Origin: Candidatus Heimdallarchaeota archaeon
GTDB lineage: Archaea > Asgardarchaeota > Heimdallarchaeia > Heimdallarchaeales > Heimdallarchaeaceae
Reading direction: 5' to 3'
Assembly: GCA_019057375.1 (NCBI GenBank)
Contig: DXJF01000094.1
Span: 1-59,501 of the forward strand
DNA: 59,501 nucleotides
This document shows, piece by piece, positions 1 to 10,311 of the stretch. Position numbers and translations under genes: made by a program. The notes under the pieces are model-generated. The model did not search any database. It was not told the DNA's origin and saw only the letters and a program-made list of their open reading frames with translations. The stretch's first letter is position 1; each line of letters begins with the position of its first letter.

Positions 1-1
1 A

Positions 2-184
2 ACACTTAATCCGATTGATGCAAAAGAATATGTTTTTCGATTGAATCGAACAGCTCATAGGGAAGGCATAGAAAATTTTTATTTTGAGGTATCAGCGAAA
101 AGCTCCAAAGGTTTAACTCAAATGATAGATCAGTTAGCAGTTTCAATGGTTAAACATAGAAAATATACTGAAAGTAAGAAATAA
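2..184 (+). CDS. C-terminal end of a small Ras-like GTPase (partial, runs in from the window edge)
   Basis: Own translation of frame 2: ...ENFYFEVSAKSSKGLTQMIDQLA...ESKK*; ExSAK is the G5 motif of small GTPases. Not in the ORF track. Confidence 0.7.
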   Translation, partial: TLNPIDAKEYVFRLNRTAHREGIENFYFEVSAKSSKGLTQMIDQLAVSMVKHRKYTESKK

Positions 185-235
185 AGTCATCCTTACTAGG
201 AAAACTATAAAGGCACTATTTGTTTTTCTTATTTT

Positions 236-1381
236 GTGAATTTGAATTATATCCATCACATTCGAGAAGAATCTCCAACTATCGCAAAAAGAACCTTTCT
301 TAATCATGCAGCAAGAGGTCCTCTACATGGAAAAACTGCGGAAGCTATTCAACATTATACAAAATGTTGGGGAGAGTTTGATTTTGAAGAATCAAATCAG
401 AAGAAGAAAGATTCTAGAGTACAATTTAGTAAGTTGATTAATGCCTCTGAAGAAGAAATTTTATTCACTCCTGACGTCACAGCGGGGTCTAGGTTAGCAG
501 CAAATCTCATTAATTATGAAAAGGATAGTAACATTGTTTGTTACTGGAATGATTATGTTGCCCAAGTCTATCAGGCTCTTTTCTTGAAGAAGACTAAAGG
601 AATTGAATATCGTCCTATACCTGATAGAAAAAACAGGGTTCTTCCAGAGGAATTTGCTCAGAAAGTTGATAATAATACTAAACTCGTTTTACTTTCTCAT
701 GTTCAGTGGTTATCAGGATTTAAAGCCGATGTTAAGGAAATAGCTAAAATTACTCACGAAAATGATGCTTTGATAGTAGTAGATTCCATTCAATCTTCTG
801 GAGCAATGGTTGATGATGTGAAAAAGTGGGATATAGATTTCTTAACCTGTGGAACAGCTAAATGGCTATTAGGTCCTAATCAAGCTGGTTGGTTTTACAT
901 GAAAAAGAAACTAATAAATGAATTTGATCCTCCTTTTGCTAGTTATCAAGGAGTGGAATTGGATAATTACGATGAACCCTATTGGAACGTCAATGATATG
1001 GTGTACATGAAAGATATTTTCAGGTACATGGATGTTAATCCAAGTGATTTTCTTTATGCTGTGGCTAGCGGTGGAATGGACATAATCTTAGAATTTGGCA
1101 TTAAGAATGTTCAAAAAAGAATTTTACAGTTAACAGATTACCTGATTAATGAGCTACAACAATTAGGTGATTTTGAATTTGTGACACCATTAGAACTGGA
1201 ATATCGTTCGGGTGTAGTTAATGTTAGAGTTCCAAAAAATGTAGAAATAGCAAAGAAACTAAAAGAAGACAATATTATTGTTTCTAGCCGATATGGGGGA
1301 TTGAGAATTAGCCCTCATTTTTACAATAATGAGGAAGATATTGATAAACTAATTACAGGTCTGAAGAAACATCTTGCGTAA
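236..1381 (+). CDS. Class V PLP aminotransferase-fold enzyme
   Basis: NHAARGP, DSIQSSG and TCGTAKWLLGP (PLP lysine) motifs; no SufS/IscS catalytic Cys motif in the C-terminal domain. Confidence 0.85.
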   Translation: MNLNYIHHIREESPTIAKRTFLNHAARGPLHGKTAEAIQHYTKCWGEFDFEESNQKKKDSRVQFSKLINASEEEILFTPDVTAGSRLAANLINYEKDSNIVCYWNDYVAQVYQALFLKKTKGIEYRPIPDRKNRVLPEEFAQKVDNNTKLVLLSHVQWLSGFKADVKEIAKITHENDALIVVDSIQSSGAMVDDVKKWDIDFLTCGTAKWLLGPNQAGWFYMKKKLINEFDPPFASYQGVELDNYDEPYWNVNDMVYMKDIFRYMDVNPSDFLYAVASGGMDIILEFGIKNVQKRILQLTDYLINELQQLGDFEFVTPLELEYRSGVVNVRVPKNVEIAKKLKEDNIIVSSRYGGLRISPHFYNNEEDIDKLITGLKKHLA

Positions 1382-1489
1382 TTCTCCCAAGAACTTCTTT
1401 TTCTTATGTCACTCAAATAAAACTTTTAAACCCACTTGTAAAATCAAAGTGTAAAGTTTATTTTATATTCAATCCAAATAGGTGTAGAA

Positions 1490-4432
1490 ATGTTGAAAAA
1501 AAAGAAAAAAACAGAATCACCCGAAGAAGAAATTGTAATAATTCCTTGGCATAGTTATGAAACAAAAAAAGTTTTTGAGGAATTAGAAAGCGAAGAAACA
1601 GGACTTAGGGAAGATGAGATTATAGATAGGTTAGAGAAGTATGGGCATAATAAGCTAACTATAACTGAAAAATTCAAAGTTCTAAAAATGATCACTGAGC
1701 AATTTACAAGCTTCCTTGTGCTGCTCCTTATTGCAGCTGGTATTATTAGTATAGGATTCGGACTCAATAATTACATCCATGCACTTAACGATCCTGAAAT
1801 TGTTAATCCAACATTGTTGGAGCATGGAACGGAAATAATTGATGCAATAGCGATATTTGCAATAGTTATTTTGAATGCTGTAATAGGTTTTGTTCAAGAT
1901 TTTAGATCCAATCAAGCGTTGGAGAAATTGAAAGAATATTTTGAGCAAGATGTTGTTGTAATTAGGGGAGGAAAAGAACAAATTATTCACAGCAGTGATC
2001 TTGTTCCAGGAGATATGATTAATCTAGAAGTTGGAGACAAAATACCAGCAGACTGCAGATTAATAGAAGCTAATAGTTTCAAAATAGACGAGGCTCCATT
2101 AACAGGAGAAAGCAACCCAATCACTAAAAACTTGGAAATAGTTTCTGCAGATGCTAGACTCCATGATAGAAAGAATATGATATATTCAGGAACCACTAGT
2201 GTATATGGAAGAGCTAAAGCCATGGTTGTAGAAACTGGAATGAGAACAGAAATGGGTAAAATTGCTGAACTTACACAAGTAAAAGAAGAAATGACCCCAT
2301 TACAACAAGCTTTAGACAAACTTGGGAAAGTTCTAGGGATAATTATTCTAATAATATGTGCAATAGTTATGATTGTAAATTCAGCACTAGGAGAACCTCT
2401 TTTAGAAAGTTTCGAGGTTGCAATCGCACTAGCAATTTCAGCTGTACCAGAGGGGTTACCCGCAGCGATTGTAATTACTTTGGCAATTGGTGTATCAAAG
2501 ATGGCAAAGAGGAAAACAATTGTTTCAAGATTACCAGCAGTAGAAACATTAGGCTCAGTAGATTATATTTGCAGTGATAAAACAGGTACATTAACAAGAA
2601 ACGAAATGACTGTAAAAGAAGTATGGACGCTCCAAGGAAAAACAGAAATTGGAGGATCAGGTTATCTGTTAGAAGGAGAATTTATACAAGATGGAAAAAC
2701 AATAGATCCATTAGAAGAACCAGTTCTAAACCAGTTAATTGAAACAGTCTATCATTGTAATAACTCTGGGATTCTACGAAATGAAGGACATATTGATGTA
2801 AAAGGAGATCCAACAGAAGCAGCTTTGGTAGTTATGGGAGATAAAGCAGGATTTACAAAGGAAAAGCTGTACAAAAGAGATCACGAAATATTCTTTGATT
2901 CAGATAGAAAAAGAATGACAACTATTCATGAAAAAGATGGAAAATTGTTCGCTTATATGAAAGGAAGTCCACCTGTAGTTCTAACAAGATGTAATTCTGC
3001 TATGGGTAAAGGAAAGAACCCAAAGATGACTAAGGAACTAGAACAACAGATTCTTGACGCAAACCTAGCAATGTCTGAAAAAGCCTTGAGAGTACTAGCT
3101 GTAGCATACAGAGAAGTACCAAAAGGATATGACAAAGAAAAAGTCGATGATATAGAAGATGATATGATTTTCTTAGGACTTACAGGAATGATTGATCCAG
3201 CAAGACCAGAAGTGAAAGGAGCAATAGAAGAATGTAGGGTGGCTGGAATTACAACAGTAATGATAACTGGGGATCAGAAAGCAACAGCAATTGCAGTAGC
3301 GGAGGAAATAGGTATTCTGGAAACTGAGGAAGATCTAGTTGTAAGTGGAGATGAGTTTTCTTTAATGCCAGATGATGAACTGGAAGGAAAAATAGAGAAA
3401 ATAAAAGTTTACAGCAGAATGAGTCCAAAAGACAAATACAGAGTAGTAGAAACATTGCAGAAACTAGAGCATATAGTAGCATGCACTGGTGATGGAGTCA
3501 ATGACGCACCCGCGATCAAGAAAAGTGATATCGGTGTCGCTATGGGCATTACAGGCACTGATGTAACCAAAGAGGTTGCTGATATGGTCATCACAGATGA
3601 TGCTTTTCATACCATTGTCAGCGCTGTTGAAGAAGGCCGAAATATCTTTGAAAACATGAAAAAATTCATTCGTTACCTACTTAGTTGTAACTTTGATGAG
3701 ATTTTCGCTGTTCTTATTATCTTTTCAATTTGGCAAGAGATTCCCTTCCTTCCTTTACAGATTCTTTTCTTGAACCTGTTAACAGATGCTTTACCTGCTC
3801 TTGCTTTATCATTTGATCCATACGATCCTAGTTTAATGAAAAGACCTCCAAGAGGTAAGAAATCCTCTTTTGTTAAAGACATGTACGTCTTTGCTTCTGT
3901 AGCTGGTGTGGTGGCACTAGCTTGTTCTTTAGGTATTTTCCTTTGGGGCTATTTACATCTTGGTAGAGATCCAACCAGTGCTCATCATATTCTGTTCAGT
4001 GAATGGGCTGCTGCTGATGTCTTAGCTAATCCTGATCTTATCTTTGCTGAACAACTTAACCATTACATTGTAGCATATTCACAGATGATAGCTTTTGTTG
4101 CCACGCTCTCATTCGAATTGTGGTTCGTCTTCATCGCTCGGAATGACAACCAAACCTCATTGATAAGATCTAAACCATTCAAAAACAATTATTTAATTGG
4201 TGCAATATTGTTGTCTTGGTTCCTTCTTGTAGGAGGAGTGTTCTTACCTGCTACCCAAGCAATATTTACTGGATTTAAGTTGCACTATTATCCAATACCG
4301 GGGATAGATTGGGCCTATATCATGATATTCACATTAGGCTTCTGTTTATTTGCTGAAATGATGAGATATGTTTTCAGGACAACAACTTTCAAGAAAATGG
4401 TTTCAAGATTCGGTGCAGCTGATTTAGCTTAA
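1490..4432 (+). CDS. P-type cation-transporting ATPase (type II, Ca2+-like)
   Basis: TGES, PEGL, DKTGTLT (phosphorylated Asp), MITGD and GDGVNDAPA motifs, plus about 10 TM segments. Confidence 0.97.
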   Translation: MLKKKKKTESPEEEIVIIPWHSYETKKVFEELESEETGLREDEIIDRLEKYGHNKLTITEKFKVLKMITEQFTSFLVLLLIAAGIISIGFGLNNYIHALNDPEIVNPTLLEHGTEIIDAIAIFAIVILNAVIGFVQDFRSNQALEKLKEYFEQDVVVIRGGKEQIIHSSDLVPGDMINLEVGDKIPADCRLIEANSFKIDEAPLTGESNPITKNLEIVSADARLHDRKNMIYSGTTSVYGRAKAMVVETGMRTEMGKIAELTQVKEEMTPLQQALDKLGKVLGIIILIICAIVMIVNSALGEPLLESFEVAIALAISAVPEGLPAAIVITLAIGVSKMAKRKTIVSRLPAVETLGSVDYICSDKTGTLTRNEMTVKEVWTLQGKTEIGGSGYLLEGEFIQDGKTIDPLEEPVLNQLIETVYHCNNSGILRNEGHIDVKGDPTEAALVVMGDKAGFTKEKLYKRDHEIFFDSDRKRMTTIHEKDGKLFAYMKGSPPVVLTRCNSAMGKGKNPKMTKELEQQILDANLAMSEKALRVLAVAYREVPKGYDKEKVDDIEDDMIFLGLTGMIDPARPEVKGAIEECRVAGITTVMITGDQKATAIAVAEEIGILETEEDLVVSGDEFSLMPDDELEGKIEKIKVYSRMSPKDKYRVVETLQKLEHIVACTGDGVNDAPAIKKSDIGVAMGITGTDVTKEVADMVITDDAFHTIVSAVEEGRNIFENMKKFIRYLLSCNFDEIFAVLIIFSIWQEIPFLPLQILFLNLLTDALPALALSFDPYDPSLMKRPPRGKKSSFVKDMYVFASVAGVVALACSLGIFLWGYLHLGRDPTSAHHILFSEWAAADVLANPDLIFAEQLNHYIVAYSQMIAFVATLSFELWFVFIARNDNQTSLIRSKPFKNNYLIGAILLSWFLLVGGVFLPATQAIFTGFKLHYYPIPGIDWAYIMIFTLGFCLFAEMMRYVFRTTTFKKMVSRFGAADLA

Positions 4433-4470
4433 CCCTCTTCTTTTCTCCCTTTTTTCTTTCTTTTCTTTTA
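4433..4470 (+). terminator. Pyrimidine/oligo-T tract, likely archaeal terminator
   Basis: ccctcttcttttctccctttttttctttcttttctttt directly follows the ATPase stop codon. Confidence 0.5.
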
Positions 4471-4635
4471 ATTTTAATATGAATCAATTTTCATATTTCT
4501 CTGCTCTCACACTTTGATGCCACAATCTTTTTATTCATTTTTCTAGAATTAAACTCACTAGGTCATTATAGAAAGATTATAGCAAAACTTACCTAAGAAG
4601 GACATCTGTAGTAATCTAAAACTAGGTTATTAAAT

Positions 4636-5250
4636 ATGACAATTGATTTCAGAACTCTCCCGATCATTATACTGGCAGCTGGAGATTCTCAGCGAATGGG
4701 TATTCCAAAAGGACTTCTAGATTATCATGGAAAACCCTTTCTTAGTTATCAAATTGAGAGTCTGTTTGAAATAGGTTTTACTGATATTATAGTTGTTTCA
4801 GGAAAAGATACTACACTCTATCAAGAAAATATACCTGAGCTCAAAAAAACAACTATTATAGTGAACCCCCAACCTGAAAAGGGACCTTTTTCTTCGATAC
4901 AAAGTGGACTTTCAGGATTAGGTGATAAACATCAATCAGGTGTATTCATCTTACCTATTGATGTTCCCTGTCCAAGTAAAGAAGTTTGGGACCAATTAGC
5001 TGGAGAATTAAGTTCTTCTAATGCTAATGTATCTATTCCTGAATTCAACGGAAAAAGAGGTCATCCTGTTTTACTCTCTGATGAATTCAAAAAATATCTC
5101 CAGACTTGTAGTTCAGATTCACGTCTTGATTTTGAGATTCGCAAACAAAAAGAACTACAAAAAGCAAAGATTATATCTGTTAATGACAAAAATATCACAC
5201 TTAACCTCAACACACTTGAGGAATGGGAAGCATTTAAGGTGAAAAAATGA
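4636..5250 (+). CDS. mocA: Molybdenum cofactor cytidylyltransferase (MocA/YgfJ-like nucleotidyltransferase)
   Basis: ILAAGDSQRMGIPK nucleotidyltransferase motif, PIDVP and GHPVL; stop overlaps the start of the Mo-hydroxylase gene (ATGA). Confidence 0.85.
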   Translation: MTIDFRTLPIIILAAGDSQRMGIPKGLLDYHGKPFLSYQIESLFEIGFTDIIVVSGKDTTLYQENIPELKKTTIIVNPQPEKGPFSSIQSGLSGLGDKHQSGVFILPIDVPCPSKEVWDQLAGELSSSNANVSIPEFNGKRGHPVLLSDEFKKYLQTCSSDSRLDFEIRKQKELQKAKIISVNDKNITLNLNTLEEWEAFKVKK

Positions 5251-7880
5251 ATGTTACATTTACTCTCAATGGAAAAAAAGTAACTGCTGAGTACGAAGAA
5301 GGTATGAGTGTTCTTGATGTTCTCAGAGAAGTCTGTTTGATAAAAAGTTGTAAAGACGGATGTTCTGGACAAGGTTTTTGTGGTGCTTGTACTGTTCTAA
5401 TAAACGGTAAAGCTATGGTTTCTTGTAGACAAAAACCTGCATCTATTGAGGGAAAAGAAATTGTCACTGTTGAAGGTTTAGATTTAGTAGAGCAAGAAAT
5501 ACTATCAAAATCTTTAGTCAAAGAAGGAGCTGTTCAATGTGGTTTTTGCACTCCTGGGCTTTTGATAAGAATCAAGGGTTTCCTTGATCAACACCCAACT
5601 TCAACCAGAGAACAGAAAGCCAAAGCTATAACAGGAAATCTTTGTCGTTGTACAGGGTACCAGCGAATATTAGATGCAATGGAAACAGCTGAAGAAAATT
5701 GGCAAACAAAGAATCAGGATATTTCAGGTCCTCCTCGTAGAAACAAATTTTTTGGAGAACAATATGGTTTTGAGCGGGAATTTCAACCAAAAGAACATGG
5801 GGTTGGTAGCAGTACTCAGCGCTACCGCGGTGTAGATATGGCTCTAGGTAAGAAACCCTACATAGCTGATTTGGAAGTAGAGAATATGCTTCATGGAGCT
5901 TTGCTACTGAGTGAACATCCACGTGCAAAGGTCATAAATATAGATATTTCTCAAGCAAAATCAGCTTGTGGAGTTGTAAGGGTAATTACTGCAAAAGATG
6001 TTCCAGGTAAAAGAATGATAGGGTATATAATTCCTGATTGGCCAATATTTGTTGCAGAAGGCGAATCAACAAAATACGTAGGGGATGTTTTAGCTATGGT
6101 TGTTGCTGATTCAATGATTCATGCTAGGGCTGCTCTAGACAAAATAAAAGTTAAATATGAGGTTCTTGAACCAATAGACAATCCTGAGAAAGCATTGGCT
6201 AAAGATTCTATGAAAATACATGAGAAAGGAAATCTTTTAGGACATACTTTCTTTGGAAGAGGGAATGTTAATGAAGCATTAAACAATTCCAAGTATGTAA
6301 TAAAACAACAATTCAAAACACAACGCATTGAACATGCTTTTATGGAGGTTGAAAGCAGTCTTTCAATTCCAACAGCAACTGGTGTTCATGTATACAGTCA
6401 AGGACAAGGTGTACATGAAGATCAACGACAGATTGCTGAAGTATTAGGATTGAAGAATGAAGAAGTCATAGTAGAACTTGTCACCAACGGAGGAGCTTTT
6501 GGAGGAAAAGAAGATCTTTCATGCCAAGCTCAGACAGCTGTAGCTTCATTTTTACTAAAGAAACCTGTTAAGACTGTACTTACACGAGAACAATCCCTAC
6601 TTATTCATCCTAAACGTCATCCTATGATAATGAATTATGAAGTAGGTGCTAATGAAAATGGAAAACTTACAGCTGTTAGATTAAGACTCATCGCAGACTC
6701 TGGAGCTTATGCTTCAGTCGGAGCAAAAGTTGCTGAACGTGCAGCAGGACATTGTTGTGGCCCCTATTATGTTCCACATGTAGATATTGATGCGAAATCT
6801 GTATACACTAACAACCCTCCTTGTGGGGCGATGCGTGGATTTGGTGTTAATCAAACTTCTTTTGCAATTGAATCTTGCTTGAATATGATTGTTGAAAAAA
6901 TGAGGGGAGATGGAATTGAAATTGATGATTATGATATAAGAGAACGGAATATTCTCAGAGAAGGTCAAAGGTTTGCAACAGGACAAAAGATGACAAAAAC
7001 TGTTATTGGAATGCAAAAATGTCTTGATGCAGTAAAAGATGTTTATAAAAATTCAAAGGTTCCAACAGGTATAGCTTGTGGTATAAAAAATACAGGTATT
7101 GGCAATGGTCTTGAAGACACTGGAAGGGTGCTCATTAAAGTCCTTGAAGATGAACAGCTCGATATATTAACAGGTTTTACTGAAATGGGTCAAGGATTGT
7201 TTACAGTAATTACTCAAGTTGTTACTGAACTAACAGATATACCACCTGCACAAATGAATGTTAAGTCTATTAGTTATCCAACAACAAAATGTGGCATGAC
7301 TACTGCCTCAAGAGGTACTGCGCTGGATACTATGGCAGCTAAGATTGCTACAGAAAAACTTGCTTTAGCTCTTCAATCAAAGTCATTAAAAGATTTAACA
7401 GGTGAAGAATTCCATGGAGAATACATTACTAACTTCACTGTCAAACCAGGAACAAAAGTAGATAATCCTGTAACACACTTAGCATTTAGTTATGCAGTAC
7501 AAATGGCTTTTCTTGACGAAAAAGGTAATCTTAAGAAAATAATAGCAGCACATGATGTTGGAAAAGCAATTAACCCTATGGCATGCGCTGGTCAGTTTGA
7601 AGGGGGAGTTCATATGGGACTTGGACATACTCTCTCGGAAAGTTTTCCGACAACTAGAGGAGTACCAGATTCTTTGAGAATGAAGGATCTCCAAATAGTC
7701 AAAGCTAAAGATACTCCTGAGGTTGAAGTTATTTTAATTGAAGTGCCAGAAGAAATTGGAGGATTTGGTGCAAAAGGTGTTGGAGAGATAGGACTTGTTC
7801 CAACAGCTGGAGCAGTTGCAGGTGCTCTACACAAGTTAGATGGTAAAACTCGTTTTGAACTTCCAATAGCACGAAAATAA
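5247..7880 (+). CDS. Fused [2Fe-2S]/molybdopterin hydroxylase, selenium-dependent xanthine dehydrogenase (XdhAC/DOPDH) type
   Basis: CKDGCSGQGFCGAC, QCGFCTPG and CRCTGY Fe-S motifs fused to a Moco domain (GGAFGGKE, AMRGFG, EMGQG, KGVGEIG); no FAD domain. Selenium dependence is inferred from architecture only. Confidence 0.85.
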   Translation: MNVTFTLNGKKVTAEYEEGMSVLDVLREVCLIKSCKDGCSGQGFCGACTVLINGKAMVSCRQKPASIEGKEIVTVEGLDLVEQEILSKSLVKEGAVQCGFCTPGLLIRIKGFLDQHPTSTREQKAKAITGNLCRCTGYQRILDAMETAEENWQTKNQDISGPPRRNKFFGEQYGFEREFQPKEHGVGSSTQRYRGVDMALGKKPYIADLEVENMLHGALLLSEHPRAKVINIDISQAKSACGVVRVITAKDVPGKRMIGYIIPDWPIFVAEGESTKYVGDVLAMVVADSMIHARAALDKIKVKYEVLEPIDNPEKALAKDSMKIHEKGNLLGHTFFGRGNVNEALNNSKYVIKQQFKTQRIEHAFMEVESSLSIPTATGVHVYSQGQGVHEDQRQIAEVLGLKNEEVIVELVTNGGAFGGKEDLSCQAQTAVASFLLKKPVKTVLTREQSLLIHPKRHPMIMNYEVGANENGKLTAVRLRLIADSGAYASVGAKVAERAAGHCCGPYYVPHVDIDAKSVYTNNPPCGAMRGFGVNQTSFAIESCLNMIVEKMRGDGIEIDDYDIRERNILREGQRFATGQKMTKTVIGMQKCLDAVKDVYKNSKVPTGIACGIKNTGIGNGLEDTGRVLIKVLEDEQLDILTGFTEMGQGLFTVITQVVTELTDIPPAQMNVKSISYPTTKCGMTTASRGTALDTMAAKIATEKLALALQSKSLKDLTGEEFHGEYITNFTVKPGTKVDNPVTHLAFSYAVQMAFLDEKGNLKKIIAAHDVGKAINPMACAGQFEGGVHMGLGHTLSESFPTTRGVPDSLRMKDLQIVKAKDTPEVEVILIEVPEEIGGFGAKGVGEIGLVPTAGAVAGALHKLDGKTRFELPIARK

Positions 7881-7940
7881 TTGAAGATAATAAAAATGAA
7901 AGAAGAAATAATAAAAAAAGTTGAGAATAAAATCTTCAAT
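7880..7940. terminator. Intergenic element between convergent genes: 9-bp inverted repeat around an A-rich (T-rich on minus) tract
   Basis: attgaagat (7880-7888) is the reverse complement of atcttcaat (7932-7940). Confidence 0.4.
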
Positions 7941-7948
7941 GATAATTT

Positions 7949-8914
7949 TTAAGGAACAATTCTGGTTCCTGTTTCACCCTTTAAAGCCCTACCAATGTTT
8001 TCAGGACTAGTGATTAAAGCTTCTTTACCACCTTGTTCTAAAAATCCAACAATAGCTTTGATTTTTGGTTCCATAGATCCTTTTGCAAAATGAGTTCCTT
8101 CCTCTAGATACTTCTTTGCTTCAGCAACGGTAAGCTGATCCAAATCTATTTGATTAGGTTTACCGAAATTCAGGGCAACTTTTTCAACAGCGGTTGAAAT
8201 TAAAAGCATGTCTGCTTTTATTTTATTTGCTAGGAATGCAGATGCAAAATCTTTGTCAATTACTGCTGCAGTTCCCTTTACTCCTTGATCTGTCTCAATA
8301 ACTGGTATTCCTCCTCCACCTACAGTAATTGTGATTGTACCGGAATCGATTAGTGTTTTGATGGCTTCCAATTCCATAATTTCTACAGGTAATGGAGAAG
8401 GCACTACACGACGCCAACCTCGACCAGCATCTTCAACTACATTCCAACCTAATTCTTCTTTCCTTCGTTCCGCCTCTTCCCCTTCCATGAATGTACCAAT
8501 AGGTTTAGCAGGTGTCTGGAAAGCAGGATCATTTGAATCTACACGGACTTGTGTAATCACTGTCGTCACTGGTTTATCAATTCCTCTTTTTTTAAGCTCA
8601 TTTTGGATATTCTGCTGTAGGGAATAACCGATAGCGCCTTGACTGTCAGCACCGCAAACATCTAGGGGTAGTTCATGCATACCTTCCACCTTATGGGCAA
8701 TTTCACTTCGTCGTAAAATGAATCCAACCTGGGGTCCATTGCCATGTCCTATTGCAATATCCCAGCCAGCTTCAATCATATCTACTAGGTGAATTGCAGT
8801 TTCATGAGCAGCTTCATATTGATTTTGTACAGTTTGATGCTGCTTAGATTTGATGAGTGAGTTGCCTCCAATCGCAACAACCGCTACTTTTTTCTGTTCT
8901 GACATTCGTATCAC
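7949..8914 (-). CDS. arcC: Carbamate kinase (YqeA/ArcC); ATG at 8905 is the likely start
   Basis: VAIGGNSL, HGNGPQVG, KPIG, RRVVPSP, GGGGIPV, VIDKD and GSMEPK motifs. Confidence 0.97.
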   Translation of the reverse strand: MIRMSEQKKVAVVAIGGNSLIKSKQHQTVQNQYEAAHETAIHLVDMIEAGWDIAIGHGNGPQVGFILRRSEIAHKVEGMHELPLDVCGADSQGAIGYSLQQNIQNELKKRGIDKPVTTVITQVRVDSNDPAFQTPAKPIGTFMEGEEAERRKEELGWNVVEDAGRGWRRVVPSPLPVEIMELEAIKTLIDSGTITITVGGGGIPVIETDQGVKGTAAVIDKDFASAFLANKIKADMLLISTAVEKVALNFGKPNQIDLDQLTVAEAKKYLEEGTHFAKGSMEPKIKAIVGFLEQGGKEALITSPENIGRALKGETGTRIVP

Positions 8915-8938
8915 ATTCCTTATTTCATGTAGTTTAAA

Positions 8939-9335
8939 TTAATCACTAATATTTTTAGTGATTGTGATATATTTCGTTTTCTGATTAAGTGCATTAGATA
9001 TCAAATCTCCTATATCCTTTAATTCTTGATCCGAAAGCATTTCTTTTTTCTGAAAATCCTTAATCATTGATTATTACCTCCAAAATGTATCTTGATCAAA
9101 TTCTCTCTTCCAAATATGTTAATAGCATCTGCTTAAACATTTTTCCATGATACTGATCCTTCAATCTGTCTCCAATATATTGTTTAACAGCAATTCCAAT
9201 ATATTTTGTTCTATTATCTGTTTTTGGTGGTTCCCACGCAATAGCATATATATCTTCGCTATCTCCAAATCCTTCTTTCTCAGTTACTTCGTACCAATCA
9301 AAGGAACCTCTCCAGATAATTGTAAATTTCTTCAT
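8939..9335 (-). pseudogene. Fragmented GIY-YIG-like nuclease (79-aa ORF 9096-9335 plus 42-aa ORF 8939-9067)
   Basis: DIYAI-x11-KYIGIA-x5-DRL...H fits the GIY-YIG pattern. An alternative frame (ADAINIFGRENLIKIHFG) and a downstream mini-ORF (MIKDFQKKEMLSDQELKDI...) look like its continuation. Confidence 0.45.
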
Positions 9336-9704
9336 ACATTTGATTTTTTTTAATTTTCTTAAGATGTTGTAGCACCCTTTGAGTTTACAAATTATTTACA
9401 ATTGTATCAAGCCATGGTTTCTTTGAGTCTCGCAGGGTTTCTTAAATTATAATCGGAAACATATATGATGTTGCTAGATTTATAAAGGATGATTGTCATA
9501 CTAATATAGTAAAAAATTTATTACCAACAATCAAAATAAGTGATTAACTTATTAGGTTGAATGTATAATCTATAACCTGGACAATGTTATTAGATTAAAA
9601 TTCATCTCCCTATGGGAGTAACTGATTTGGACTGTAGTGGTTTTTTTTTACCAAATCGAAAACCAATCTTGCTTTTAAAAATAGTAAGGGAGGTGAACAA
9701 CAAA

Positions 9705-9857
9705 ATGAATAAAGTAAATAGGTCAAATGATGATAGATCTAACAGTATGAATTCTAATAATGCTGCATATCAAGCATCTATGAATAACAGATCTGATCAA
9801 CTAAATCCAAATAACGAGGAAAATCAGTCTTCAGAGGAAGCAGATGAAGAAGAATAA
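9705..9857 (+). CDS. Small Asn/Ser/acidic-rich protein (50 aa) with an internal NRS...NN repeat
   Basis: Strong SD agggaggtga at 9687-9696 before ATG 9705; MNKVNRSNDDRSNSMNSNNAAYQASMNNRSDQLNPNNEENQSSEEADEEE; followed by a T-tract. Confidence 0.65.
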   Translation: MNKVNRSNDDRSNSMNSNNAAYQASMNNRSDQLNPNNEENQSSEEADEEE

Positions 9858-10009
9858 AGCTATAGAAAGGATTTTTCTTTTTTTTCTTCTTTTACCTCAT
9901 ATGGTCAGGAAGGAAACTATCAAATGCCTGAACAAGACTTCTCTCTCTAAATTCTCTGATATGCTATATTAGATCATTTTCCTGTCTTGAAAGAAGTGTG
10001 TTCATTCTT

Positions 10010-10192
10010 TTAGAGAAGAGTGAATTTCTCTCTTTCTCTACAGAAAGCATTAGGACAAATAATGGGTTTAGAGGGAGGGTTCTCTTTATGAGAAAAGGTA
10101 ATCGTATCACCACAGTTCCCACAAGAATAAGAAGAGACAAACTTTGAAGATTGTTCTTCTTGTGAATCTATGAGGAGTTTCTCGTAGGACAT
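10010..10192 (-). CDS. Small zinc-finger-like protein (60 aa)
   Basis: From internal ATG 10192: CGNC...CPNAFC, a four-Cys pattern. Confidence 0.4.
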   Translation of the reverse strand: MSYEKLLIDSQEEQSSKFVSSYSCGNCGDTITFSHKENPPSKPIICPNAFCREREKFTLL

Positions 10193-10311
10193 GAGACAAA
10201 GAATACGATGTATTTGAGAGATAAAAGCATTTCTTGATTTTTGGTGTTTTATAATGTCGTTCAAGACAAAGTGCTGAAAGTAAAGTGTTCCAAGTAAGGA
10301 AATGATAAACC

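Noticed and set aside
236-1381. Class V PLP enzyme as the selenocysteine lyase or cysteine desulfurase serving the Mo-hydroxylases
   Set aside because: It has no catalytic Cys loop (RxGHHC or SAC) in the C-terminal domain and is separated from the cluster by the ATPase.
2500-4432. Apparent shift from A-rich to more T/C-rich codons within the P-type ATPase near 3500 (mosaic gene?)
   Set aside because: Judged by eye only, and largely explained by the transition to the hydrophobic membrane domain.
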